A stretch of 62,868 nucleotides of DNA, filler included, from an uncultured Acidimicrobiales bacterium (GTDB lineage Bacteria > Actinomycetota > Acidimicrobiia > Acidimicrobiales > UBA10347), in assembly GCA_943788915.1 (NCBI GenBank). It is 2 parts of 2 records of this genome, joined end to end, with 100 filler letters (N's around TTAATTAATTAA, not from the genome) between each part and the next. Parts side by side here need not be neighbours in the genome. Positions count along the whole stretch, not along the records: positions 32,063 to 62,868 come from CALSSD010000028.1; 1 more part is not named here. The stretch is one strand, 5' to 3'. The position numbers and the translations under genes were made by a program. Of this stretch, positions 40,113 through 51,110 are shown piece by piece. The number at the start of each line of letters is the position of its first letter. The first letter of the stretch is position 1. The notes beneath the pieces were generated by a model. It saw only the letters and a list, made by a program, of their open reading frames with translations. It was not told the DNA's origin and made no database searches.

Positions 40113-41805
40113 TCAGCGTTCAACCCGGTGAGCCACGGGGAACCCGAGCATGCCGTTGTGAGCGAAGACGTAGGCGTTGGTTCGTAGTGGGTCGCCAGCG
40201 ACGCCGATCAGGAGGTGATCGGGCTGGCCCACTATCGGCACCATGCGCTCGGGGTCGGTCGATTCGGCAAATCGGCGGTCCGCCTTTTTCGTATTGACGA
40301 AGTCGACGAGTCGGCGTCGGCCTGGCACGAGGTTTGTCCAGTGTCCGAGGTAGTCCTCGAACCGGCTCGCTGGAATCCGGGCTCGATCGAAGAGGGCCTG
40401 CTGGAGCTGGGCCTTCGTCCAACCTGATGCAGCGATTGTCTCTGCGAGAATTGGACTCAGCAGCAGGAGCGGACGGTAGGTCTCGCGTGAGATACCAATC
40501 GTGAAGACTAGCTCCCAGCTTGTCTGGCTCACGATGGCATCGGCTAGGTAGTCGACCATGTGCTCGGCCTGCTGGCCGTAGACCGAGGTCACGACACCAC
40601 CACCGGTGTAACGCGACACACTCACCACATCGTCGCCACGCTCGAATCCGAAGGCCCCTGCGAAGTTGGGCCAGTCGATGGTTTCGAGCACCGTCTCGTT
40701 CTCAGCGATGGCGACCCGCCAGGTATTCCCAAAGGTTGCCTTGTCGGTCTCGTGGGGGAGGAAACCAGCGATGTTGCGCAGCATCAGTCGCCAGAATCGG
40801 CCAACCGAGGTGTTGGCCTGGAAACCATCGCGCAGCACCCCCTGCTCACAGTTGAATCCCAGCTCGGCAGCGATGGGGCCGTTGATCGTGATGAGGGTGT
40901 CGGCCCCTGGCGTGTTGCCCGAGTGCTCAACCCCATAGTTGGGGTCGGCCATACAACGACCCAGGGCGACGAGCACCGGCATGTACTCCGGCCGGCAGCC
41001 GGCCATCACGCCGTTCACGGCGATACTCCACACCGTGACCTCGCGGTTGTCGGGCAGCACGACGCCGAGCCCCTTGTCGGCGTCGAAGGTGGTGTGTGCC
41101 AAGAAGGCCTCGACGGCCGCGTGGGTAGGGAGGGATGATTGGCAGGCCGTCGCTCCAACGTTCGGCCAGGAACCGGGCGTTGATTTCCTCGAATGAGCCC
41201 GACGCGACAATCTCGCGACGGCCAGGTTCTTCAGGTCGTTTGGCATCCCCAGGACGCGCCGTCAGGTTGGCCACGACCGCTGGCACGGTGATCTCCCGCA
41301 CGTTGCGTTCCAGTTCCGACAGCTCCTGGGTATCAACATGGCCCGGCACGACTGCCACAGGGAGGTTGGGTCGCCCCAGTCCGGCCGCGGTTGTGGCGGC
41401 CTGGTGCAAGAATCCCTCGCACGTAAGTGAGCTCGAAGGGATACCGGCGGCTTCGACAGCGTTTGAGGCCCGCAACACGGCGGGCGTACAACTACCTCAA
41501 CACGCCATCCCGGAGACCACGGCATCGACGCCGCGGTCGCGCAGCAGTTGGGGGAGTGCGGCCACCAGCTCGGCTTCACCGTCGCCATGGGTCGTTCCGA
41601 ACTGATCGAAATCGATGATTTCGACGGTGGGAAAGCGAGCCTTGAGCTCCTCTGCGATGATCGGGAAGATTTCGTCGCCGCGAAACATGTAGTCCCACAG
41701 AAACGCGACGGTGCGCCCGTCGAGCGAATCGGGACGATCGGCTAGGTCTTGGAGCTCGACAGCTTGCGAGCTGCGGGGCCAGACCACTTCATATGCATCA
41801 GACAT
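40113..41805 (-). CDS. UGSC-family selenoprotein (~563 aa), Sec at codon 103; +1 frameshift at ~41130
   Basis: In-frame SGMAC-TGA-GSCTPAV; continues to SDGLPIIPP/THAAVEAFL...AVNGVMAGCRPEY; SECIS-like hairpin follows the UGA. Confidence 0.85.
41463..41500 (-). promoter_or_regulatory. putative bacterial SECIS element
   Basis: 11 nt after UGA: GCCCGC-CGUGUU-GCGGGC hairpin with G in the loop; lower stem UUGAG/CUCAA includes the UGA. Confidence 0.7.
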
Positions 41806-41923
41806 GGCACAAGGGTAGTTGGCTCCTTCGTCGCCGTTCTCTAACGTGAGCGTCTACGGTCCCGGGTGGATGTGGCGGGCGGGTAGTTCGGTTGGCGCTC
41901 CCGCTTGGCTCTAGTGTCGGCCT

Positions 41924-43121
41924 ATGACCCGTTTGGAGTTCGGCGCCTTCCTCGCACCTCACCATCCCATCGGTGAGCATCCGACCCTGATGTTCCAGCG
42001 CGACCTCGAGTTTGCGGCCCATCTTGATCGTTTGGGGTTCGACGAGTTGTGGTTCGGTGAACACCACTCGTCGGGCTGGGAGACCAGTGCCTCGCCCGAA
42101 CTGATGATCGCGGCAGCGGCCGAGCGGACCGAACGAATCCGCCTTGGCACCGGCGTGATCTCGCTGCCGTACCATCACCCCTTCAACGTCGCCCAACGGT
42201 TGGTCCAGCTTGACCACCTCACCCGCGGTCGATTGATCTTTGGGTCAGGACCTGGAGCCCTGCCGTCCGACGCTCACACCTTCGGCATCGACCCGATGAC
42301 ACAACGCGACCGGCAAGACGAGGCCATGGGAGTCATCAACCGCCTGTTGCGGGGCGAGGAGCGGTTTACTCACGAAAGCGACTGGTTCACCCTGCGCGAT
42401 GCCCGGCTGCAGATCCTTCCGCTGCAAGCCGAGATCCCCCAGGCCACCGCCTCGATCCTGAGCCCGTCGGGTATGACCCTGGCGGGCAAGCATGGCACCG
42501 GAGTGTTGTCGATCGGTTCGATGTCGACCGATGGCCTCCAGGCGTTACCTACCCAGTGGGGTTTCGCCGAGGCAGCAGCAGCGGAACACGGTCAGGTTGT
42601 CGACCGCGCCGACTGGCGTGTCGTGATGAGCTGGCATCTGGCCGAGACACGCGAAGACGCTCGGCGTCAGGCACGCGACGGTATGCAGCGCTGGCACAAC
42701 GAATACATCGTCGGCACGCTGCAACGACCGGGTGCTGTTGCGTATGACGACCCCGACGAGGCCCTCGAGCAGATCAGTGGCGGCACAATCACCTCGTCGA
42801 CGACAACGTCGGCGGTCGTCGGTACTCCCGACGATCTGGTGGCTGCCATTCGCCAGGTCATCGAAGTCACCGGTGGATTCGGCAAGTTCATCGGCTTCGC
42901 CCATGACTGGGCCAATCGCGAAGACACGCTCCAGCTCCTGGGATCTGGTAGCCCGCTACGTGATCCCGGAGGTGAATGGACTTGTTGCCAATCTCCGAGA
43001 CTCCCAGGCGTTCGTGGCCGGCAGCCGTGGGATCTTCGAGCAGGCCGGCCAGGCGGTCATGGCGAAGATCCGGCAGAATCCCGATGCAGCGGCCGCCCAT
43101 GCCCGAGGCGCGAAGGGCTGA
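41924..43121 (+). CDS. LLM-class flavin-dependent monooxygenase (limonene monooxygenase-like); +1 frameshift at ~42931
   Basis: FGAFLAPHH, WFGEHHS, GPGALPSDA; C-terminus SWDLVARYVIP lies in the next frame; span 3n+1. Confidence 0.88.
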
Positions 43122-43303
43122 AGCTCAGCTCAGATCAACTAGCGCTTCGGCTGTGCGCTAGTGGCGGACGAGTGTGTCCTGCTGCGGTCAGCTGCCTTGC
43201 CAGTTCACGGGAAGCTGCGCCTGTTCGGCGTCGATACATGGCAGCGCCCGCTGGCTAACGCGCACCTCGTCGACGAGTGGCAGTCCTACGGCGACAGAAA
43301 GAC

Positions 43304-44942
43304 CTAAGCCGACACCGATTCGTCGGCTGGTGTGAGCGTGAAGCCCTCGTAGCCGTTCGCCACCACTTCTTCGCAATGCTCGCGATAGGTGCCTACACCA
43401 CCGGCATAGGGCATGAAGACCCGAGGTTTGCCAGGAATATTGGCACCGAGATACCACGAGTTGGCGTGCATGAACATGGTGGGTTCGGCCAACTCGTTCA
43501 CGTGCTGAACCCAGGCTGTTTCGGCGTCGGCCTCTGCCTCGAGCAGTTCAATGCCCGAGCCGTCCATATGGCGGATGATGTCGGTGATCATCTCGACGTG
43601 CTGCTCGATGGCTATTGGCATGTTGGAGAGCACCGATGGCGATCCAGGACCAGTAATCATGAACATATTGGGAAATCCAACACTGGTAAGCCCGAGGTAG
43701 GTCAGCGGCCCGGCTTCCCACTTGTCCTTGAGTTTCTCGCCGGAGCGACCGCGAATGTCGATCTTGTTAAACGACCCGGTCATGGCGTCGAACCCCGTGG
43801 CGTACACGATGACGTCGAAGTCGTGCTGCTCTTCACCAGCCAAGATGCCGGTCTCGGTGATTTCGTTGATCGGTTCGACGTTGATGTCGACCAGGCGGAC
43901 GTTGTCGCGGTTAAACGTGTCGAAGTAGTTGGTGTCGATAAGCACTCGTTTTGAACCGAACGGGTGGTCTAGTGGCAGCAGTTTCTCCGCGACCTCAGGG
44001 TCGTTGACCATCTCTTTGATCTTTTCCCGGATGAACTCGCCAGCCAGTTCGCTGGCCGGAAGGCTGGTGCGAAGGTCTGAGAACGAGTTGAACATGAACT
44101 TGAAGCCTCCGTCTTCCCAACTCTGTTCCAAGATCTCTCGCCGTTCTTCGTCGTCCACATCGAGCGCTGAGCGATCCTGCACGTCGTAGGGGAAGCCACC
44201 AACCGAGTGGCGGGCCTTGTCATAGATCGCTTCGTAACGCGTCTTGATCTCGTCGAGCACCGCCTTATCGACGTTTCCGTGCCGGGCCGGGATCATGTAT
44301 TGCGGGGTGCGCTGGAAGACGGTGAGATGTTCGGCTTCGGCAGCGATAACGGGGATCGATTGCACCCCGCTGGAACCAGTGCCGATAACAGCGACCTTCT
44401 TGCCAGCGAAGTCGACTCCTTCGTGTGGCCATGCACCGGTGTGATACGCCTCACCAGTAAAGGTGTCTCGACCGACGAAGTCAGGAATCTGACCTGACGA
44501 GAGGACAGCCGATGCCGGTAATGAAGTAGCGGCAGCGATAGTGCTCGCCCTTGTCAGTTTTGACGTCCCACCTATTGGTGGATTCATCGAAGTGTGCCGA
44601 GGTAACTCGTGTCTCGAACGACATGTTGCGCCGCAGGTCGAAGCGGTCGGCCACATGGTTCAGGTAGTTGAGAATCTCTGGCTGCTCCGGATACTTGCCG
44701 CTCCATTCCCATTCCTGCATGAGATCCTGGTCGAAGGCGAAGCAGTATATGTACGCCTCCGAGTCGCAGCGGGCGCCCGGGTAACGGTTCCAATACCAGG
44801 TGCCGCCGACGCCAGTACCGGTTTCGATCACGTGGACGTCGAGTCCGAGCGTGTCTCGTAGGCGGTGGTTCATGAACAGACCGGAGAACCCAGCCCCGAT
44901 CACCACTGCGTCTAGCTCTCGTACCGCTGTTTCTGTCGACAT
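43304..44942 (-). CDS. type I Baeyer-Villiger monooxygenase; +1 frameshift at ~44503
   Basis: GAGFSG, GGTWYWNRYPGARCD, BVMO fingerprint FTGEAYHTGAWP, GTGSSG, ATGFD. Confidence 0.93.
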
Positions 44943-44953
44943 TCCACAACCCT

Positions 44954-44977
44954 AGAACAGACTGGAGAACAGACTGG
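44954..44977. repeat. perfect 12-bp tandem repeat (AGAACAGACTGG x2)
   Basis: Seen directly, 11 nt upstream of the BVMO start. Confidence 0.8.
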
Positions 44978-45296
44978 AAAACGTTGGGTCGCTCACGAAC
45001 TTACGTTCCGTAGGTAACCCGAGACCTGCCCTGAAATCGTGGGACTGAATTGGTGCTATGGCCGAACCAGGCTTGATCAAAGCTATCGGATCCATGGCTC
45101 CTACTGCTGGTGAAACACAAGAACCAGTTGCCGCCCCCGGAGCGGCTGGCTCGCTTCAGGACTGGTAGCGATTGCGGCGGTGCTTGTGGTTGGCGCATCG
45201 CATTCTCGTCGGATCCGCTACCGGGTCAGGTAATGACGGAAAGTCTGAGCCGTGCCGTCGAATTTTCACTGGGGAGACCATAGGGACCAGGAGCCC

Positions 45297-48082
45297 TTAT
45301 TCTGTGACTAGTTCACTCAAGCATGAGCCTGTGCTTCGAGTAACTGGCAAAGATCTGATGCCGGCATCGGTTTGTGGAAAAAAAAAGCCTTGGGCGCCCG
45401 TGCAGCCGATTTCGCTCAGGATCTCAGCTTGCCTGCTGGTTTCTACGCCGTCTGCAATCACCGCCAGCCCCAAAACTTCAGCCATCGCTGCAAAAGCGAC
45501 GATAAATTTTTGGCTATCACTGTCGTCTGTCAGGTCGCTGACGAACGACTGGTCAATCTTAAGCATGGCGAAATCGAAGTTTTTGAGATCCCTCATTTTT
45601 CCGTAGACATCCCCCGACGCCGCTTAGGGCGAGTGATACGCCCAACCGTTGCAGTTCGGTGACAGCCTTTATTGTAAGATCGAGGTTTTTTGCCCCGGGT
45701 CGTTTGAGTCACTTCGAGACAAAGTCGGTCTTTATCAAGGTCTGTCTCTAACAGAGCATCCTTCAAGCGAGAAGGGCCAATCATCCAATTCTGCTTTCAC
45801 GCGGAGCTTCTGGAAGCTGTTCCGTCTAGGCCACGACGCCGCGTCTGCACATGCTTTTTTAAGAACGATCGACTTGATGTCGATGGCGAGACCAATCGCT
45901 TCGGCTTGCGGCATAAAGAGCCCAGCAGCAAGAAGGCCCCGTTCTGGGTGTTGCCAACGAACTAGTGCCTCTGCCCCGATTATCTTGCCAGTGAGCAATG
46001 AGACCTCAGGTTCATACTGAACGAGGAATTCGTCGTTTTGGATAGCTTTTATTAGCCCTGTCTCCAAGGTACGGCGAGATAGAACCTTGTCACTGATACG
46101 TGGTTCGTACAGTGCGAGGCGCCGTCCACCAGTTTCTTTCGCCTCGTACATGGCAGCATCAGCGTTGATGAAACAAAGGTCGATGTTGGAGTCTTCCTCC
46201 CAGAGTGCGACCCCGGCACTGAATGCTGGGTAGATCCGTTCTGAGTCAATCTGGGCTACCGAACACATCTCGTCGAGGAGTCGCTGCATGATTTTTTGAG
46301 CTTCTCCTGCACTGAGCGGCCCTCGGAGAGCGACGGCGAATTCGTCGCCTCCAAGTCTGGCTACCGCGTCACCGGGGCGGACGTGCTCTCGCAATCGATT
46401 TGCTGTTTCTTGAAGGATGCCATTTCCTGTTTCATGCCCAAACGAGTCATTGATATTCTTAAACTTGTCCATATCGATAATGGCTAGGGCGCCTGGACCA
46501 GACGTCTTCTGCATCTCATCTATTCGTTCTCGGAAGCCCCGCCGAAGAAGTAGTCCAGTGAGTTGATCATGGTCTGCAAGAAATTCGAGCTCGCGTTCGT
46601 TTTGTATGCGGCTGGTGATGTCTTCTATGTGAACCAGAATGAAATCGTCGGGCGTTGAAGGGACCTCTGTGCATATCATCTTTCCCAGGATCGGCATTCC
46701 ACCCGGGCCCTTGAACACCAAGAGCGTAGGGACGCGAAGTTGATTTTCTGTGGTCTGATTCTTGATCTCTTCGAATAGCCACTCGCTGGCATGTCGGAAC
46801 GCTTCTGGGACTTCTGTGATGCTTGCGTAAAGGGACTTGTCGCGGGAAGGAGCCGATCAGAGGTTCAATCGCTGACTCTCCCAACATGGCCAAGAATGCA
46901 CTGTTGCCATCGATAAGCGCTAGGTCGTTCTTGCGTCGAAGTGCAATGGGCATTGGCGATGAAGCGAGCGCAGCTGCGGACCGCTGATCAGAGCCCAAGC
47001 GGGTTTCAACTGCAAGTAACGTCTCGGAGAGTCGCTCAAAAAGCTGGACTTGATCGCTAGGCCAAGGGCCCGGGCGTAGGCTCTCAGCGACAAGGATTGC
47101 TGAAGGCCGACCAAGACCGCCCCGCGGTATAGCGAGTAGGTTTGGGTTAGCAAGCGTCGGCGAATCAGGCGTTACTTGAACTGCTGTTCCGGTAAGACGT
47201 GCGGTATTAAGCGCTTCTCGACGATGCAACAGCGGTGTCAGGGTGGGATCGGCTTGTTGGCTATCCCTAGATTTCTCAAGAGCGGTTTGGGACGTATCGC
47301 TCTTGCTCGTAGTCGGTTGTCAAGTTAGCGATGATCGGCACATCAAGTAGATCGGCGGTATCGGCCAAGATGGTTTGAGTGAGAGCTTGGAGGCTGTCGA
47401 AGGTCGCATTCGTTAATTTGTGTGTGCTCCGTGTTATGTGGTCGTGAAGTTGGACCTGTCTTTCTGCCATTTCGACAATTTGGGCCTCGAGATCTAGGCG
47501 GCGCCGAAACTGGCGTGTCAGGATCATGAAACCGCGCAACATGGTGTAAATCGGCCCCACCGAAGCGTTCACTTCCCGACTATGGAAGATGGTTATGAAT
47601 ATGGAGCGAGGACCATCCACGGAGATAACGCCAATGCTGAGGATAAGCCCGTCATGTTGGCCAGGCTCGCGGAGGACCTCGGAGGCTTCGAACTGGCTTA
47701 CCTTGCCCACATCGGCGTCCATCACCGCTTGCATCCACGGCCCTGGCCTCAGCGCTGGCAGAAGATATTCGGTCACCCCAAAGGGCCTGTCGCCTCCCCT
47801 CCACCGGTGCATTGGCGTCAAGTCAGAAGTGTCTGATTCGAATGACCAAATTCCCGCGTGCATTGCCCCAGAACTCATCCCGAGTGATGTGACTCCGGCC
47901 TGGAGTACATCCTGGGCTGAATCGGAGGATGCGGTATTGAACTGCTCGCCCATATTCCAAAGAAAGTCATGGGGCGAGGTGAGTGACCCTGCCTCGAGGT
48001 GCGCCTGATCCTCAAGCGACTGGTCGGTAGTTGCGTCTACTCTGGATTCTCGAAAGTGCGAGCTTGGCTCTTCTGCGGACAT
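45297..48082 (-). pseudogene. fragmented sensor-PAS-GGDEF-EAL (c-di-GMP) gene
   Basis: ADHDQLTGL, DMDKFKNINDSFGH, ARLGGDEF, GAEALVRWQHP, LKIDQSF, GVET...AQGFFF spread over about five frame pieces; DDFGTG loop missing; lower GC. Confidence 0.85.
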
Positions 48083-49019
48083 CTAAACATTAATATATGG
48101 GTTATTCGTTCACCTGCGATGGTTATTTCGGCAGTTCTGCGCACCCTCTCAGTATTTGATACGTGTGGACTAAGAATGAACCTAGCTGGCACAGCCTGAC
48201 CTGATATCCCGAAGAAGGACTACGTGGCCTATCTCTCACAACCCAAAAGTTTTTGAGAGAGGGGGAACACCCCTCGACCATCAATCAGGGGAAGCTCAGG
48301 GTGCTCAAATTATGACCTCTTTGCCTGATCTATGGCGCCGTTCTGCTGTGCGACATAGCGACGTTGGGTCAGTCAATTTCCTGGGGTCCAGCTGACATGC
48401 TGAATGCCTATGAGGGTTCCGATGCTCGGACTAGGATTCGCAAAGTTAGCTGCTTGGGTGCGTACACATTCCGCGCAACAAACAGATTATGGCGAGGACC
48501 TGATTGGGAGGGTCTTGGAGCAATCTGGCCAGTTTGGGTCTCTCGGTATCGAGCCACGAGAGATAACGACTACCACGATTTGGGTCGCCGGCTTTTACGT
48601 CTGATAGCTCGCACACATGCCTTTTTAGGTTGAGGACGCTGATGAGTTGAAGCGGGCAGGGCCCAGGTTCGTCCAGTGCCCGAGGTATTCCGCAAAGCTG
48701 GCTCCGTCGTGTTCAGTGTTTTGGCGGTGACGATGCGCGAGATGATCTTCTGGCCTTCGAAATCACGCTCTGCCAAAAGCGTATTCGGGAGCTGTCTGTT
48801 CGGGGCATCTGGCCCGAGCCGTGACATCCACTTGATGCTGCGGACGTGTCAGTCGGCTCAGATCAAGCCCCACGAATTGATCGCCACCATTTACATAATT
48901 GATGAAATCAACCAGGGTTACGCCGGCAGGTGCCCTGGCAAGCATGTTAGCGGCGTCATCATTTACGACTGCACTATCGCAACGATCTGAAGGGATCAAA
49001 AATTGAGTAAGCGAGTAAG

Positions 49020-49283
49020 CACGTCACATTGCACTTAACAGTGGCCGAAGGAAAGTCCACTGAGATGACCGCTGTGCTTAAGAAGCGCCGTCCGGATGAC
49101 CGCGCACGCCGAAGTACTGAGTTCGTAACCGACCGTCGCGACCATGACCGGCCAAACAAAACAGTGCTAACCGATCGGTGGTCCAGCCGAGAAGACGACA
49201 ATGCCTATTGGACGTGGAGCGAGGTCGACGGCGCTACCGATGCTATCGCCGGCCTCGTTGCCGGCGCATCCGTTGTCCGCTAG
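49020..49283 (+). pseudogene. degenerate antibiotic-biosynthesis-monooxygenase (ABM) family gene
   Basis: HVTLHLTVAEGK...DHDRPNKTVLTDRWSSREDDNAYWTW pattern; no clear start; early stop. Confidence 0.5.
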
Positions 49284-49463
49284 TGCGACGACATCGACCA
49301 CCCGAAGAGCGGGCCGTAGCCGATGCCATCGACGATCACCGCTCGACCATTGGTGGTGGCGCTAAGACGGATGCCCACTACAGCTTGGTACCCGTCAGAG
49401 TCATAGGCAGCTAGAGCGGCTTCTTTGGCGGGGTATTCGATCACGACGTACGGAGGCGCTTCC
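49280..49463 (-). pseudogene. DUF1330 family C-terminal fragment
   Basis: VVIEYPAKEAALAAYDSDGYQAVVGIRLSATTNGRAVIVDG. Confidence 0.75.
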
Positions 49464-49465
49464 AA

Positions 49466-49853
49466 AATCACAGTCGAGCGGTTACGGCTAGCCAAACGGG
49501 AGCAGGCGAAACGACCCCTGCAACTCGGTATTAGCTGGCACGACCTCGACCTTGCCTGCGATAGCGGCGACGGCAGCCCGTTCCACCCCGACGCCTTCGG
49601 CAAAGCGACCAAGAGGCTCATGGCCGAAGCCGGACTCGACCCGAAGACTCGGCTTCACGACTGCCGCCATGCGGTGGCAACCATGATGCTCGAACAAGGC
49701 GTGCACCCAGCGGTCGCAAGCTCGGTACTGGGCCACAGCTCGGTGGCGTTCACTATGGACACGTACCAGCACGTCGTCGACCAGATGACCGACCAAGCAG
49801 CAGCAGCCGCATTCGACGACGCTTTCGCAGCAGGTGTTTCCGGCCCGAAGTAG
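49466..49853 (+). pseudogene. tyrosine integrase C-terminal remnant pointing at the tRNA-Lys 3' end
   Basis: RLHDCRHAVAT...LGHSSVAFTMDTYQHV (HxxR, H, Y); N-terminal domains absent. Confidence 0.88.
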
Positions 49854-49914
49854 CCCGACTCAAACCGTTCGTTAGCAATCCGTTAGCACTTGGCGGCTTT
49901 CATGTCAGTACATG

Positions 49915-49958
49915 CAGAAACCCTGACCTCTCAAATCGTTGAGAAATCAGGGTTTCTG
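49915..49958. terminator. inverted repeat immediately 3' of tRNA-Lys (terminator or att-associated hairpin)
   Basis: CAGAAACCCTGA...TCAGGGTTTCTG, 12-bp arms. Confidence 0.6.
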
Positions 49959-49960
49959 AG

Positions 49961-50036
49961 TGGTACACCCCCCGGGACTTGAACCCGGAACCTGCGGATT
50001 AAGAGTCCGACGCTCTGCCAATTGAGCTAGAGGTGC
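49961..50036 (-). tRNA. tRNA-Lys(CTT)
   Basis: GCACCTCTAGCTCAATTGGCAGAGCGTCGGACT-CTT-AATCCGCAGGTTCCGGGTTCAAGTCCCGGGGGGTGTACCA. Confidence 0.97.
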
Positions 50037-50137
50037 ATGTTCTTTGAAAGACGATTGATCTTACAAACAGCTCCCCAAGGCTATCGGGGAGAAGTCTGTC
50101 CGCACCTCAACCGAGGTTGAGATTACGGGAATAGAGA

Positions 50138-50216
50138 TGGGGTGACTGAGGGGATTTGAACCCCCGACATCCTGGACCACAACCAGGTGCTCTAACCGAA
50201 CTGAGCTACAATCACC
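50138..50216 (-). tRNA. tRNA-His(GTG) with G-1
   Basis: GGTGATTGTAGCTCAG...CCTGGTT-GTG-GTCCAGG...GGTTCAAATCC...CAGTCACCCCA. Confidence 0.97.
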
Positions 50217-50305
50217 AAGGCCGGTAATCTTAGATGACATTGCCCAGGAATCCACGCATAATTTGCTCCGGTGTGACGTGTGGCGGCTCTACCATGGAGC
50301 ATTCA

Positions 50306-50383
50306 GCCCCCGTAGCTCAGTCCGGATAGAGCAACGGCCTTCTAATCCGTAGGTCACAGGTTCGAATCCTGTCGGGGGCGCCA
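50306..50383 (+). tRNA. tRNA-Arg(TCT); left attachment site of the island
   Basis: GCCCCCGTAGCTCAG...ACGGCCT-TCT-AATCCGT...GGTTCGAATCC...GGGGGCGCCA. Confidence 0.96.
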
Positions 50384-50711
50384 GTAAAGCAAAGGGCGTT
50401 AGCCGGTGTTAGTCGCCGAGCCGACAGTTTGAGTCCCACGAACACCTCACACGCCATCTGCTGGTCGGTCGGTGCGGGGCGCGGCGAGCATCAGCCGAGC
50501 GAAGAATGGAAAGTGCTGGCAAGTGCGCGAGCGCGATGCCAATCGTCGCGAGGGCATTGCCTCTGCGGTTGTCTGTTTGCCGTGGGGTTGCCGGCGATGG
50601 AGGCTCTTGCCTCATCCCGGGTGCGGAAGAGTGGTGCGGCCCCGTGCGCCATATTGTCGACATTGCGGTGTCATGCCGCAGCGAATGGTGAGGTCGACTC
50701 GGCGAGCTTGC

Positions 50712-50728
50712 GACTACGCTTTGTAGCA
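50712..50728. promoter_or_regulatory. BlaI-type operator (autoregulatory, imperfect)
   Basis: GACTAC-N5-GTAGCA upstream of the BlaI/CopY gene. Confidence 0.55.
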
Positions 50729-50753
50729 GGACGTTCACTGTTTGGAGCACGTG

Positions 50754-51110
50754 ATGGGTAATCGGCGACCGATCGGAGCGCTCGAGGAACAGGTGATGGA
50801 TTATCTGTGGATGATCAATGAACCGGTAACGCCGTCCGAGGTTCATGAGGCGATTGCACCCGAACTGGCATACACGACGGTGATGACGGTATTGAGCCGA
50901 CTGTATGACAAAGGCCGACTCGAGCGCGAACGCCAGGGCCGCGCATACGCGTACACGGCCGTCAGGTCTGAAGCTGAGCACCGCGCCGAAGAGATGGCTA
51001 CTTCGCTGGTTGATGCTGGCGATCGTGCGGCGGTGTTGTCACAATTTGTGGCGTCTCTTGATGCCGATGATGCAAAGATGCTGCGGAAGCTGCTCGGCCG
51101 GAGCAAGTAG
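50754..51110 (+). CDS. BlaI/MecI/CopY family transcriptional repressor
   Basis: GALEEQVMDYLW, LAYTTVMTVLSRLYDKG, GRAYAY. Confidence 0.95.
   Translation: MGNRRPIGALEEQVMDYLWMINEPVTPSEVHEAIAPELAYTTVMTVLSRLYDKGRLERERQGRAYAYTAVRSEAEHRAEEMATSLVDAGDRAAVLSQFVASLDADDAKMLRKLLGRSK

Noticed and set aside
48200..49000. Short ORFs in the AT-richer stretch
   Set aside because: No recognisable motifs or RBS; cannot be supported as genes
50334..50350. C-U mismatch at the base of the tRNA-Arg anticodon stem as integration damage
   Set aside because: Both att copies carry the same 3' base, so integration did not create it; probably native
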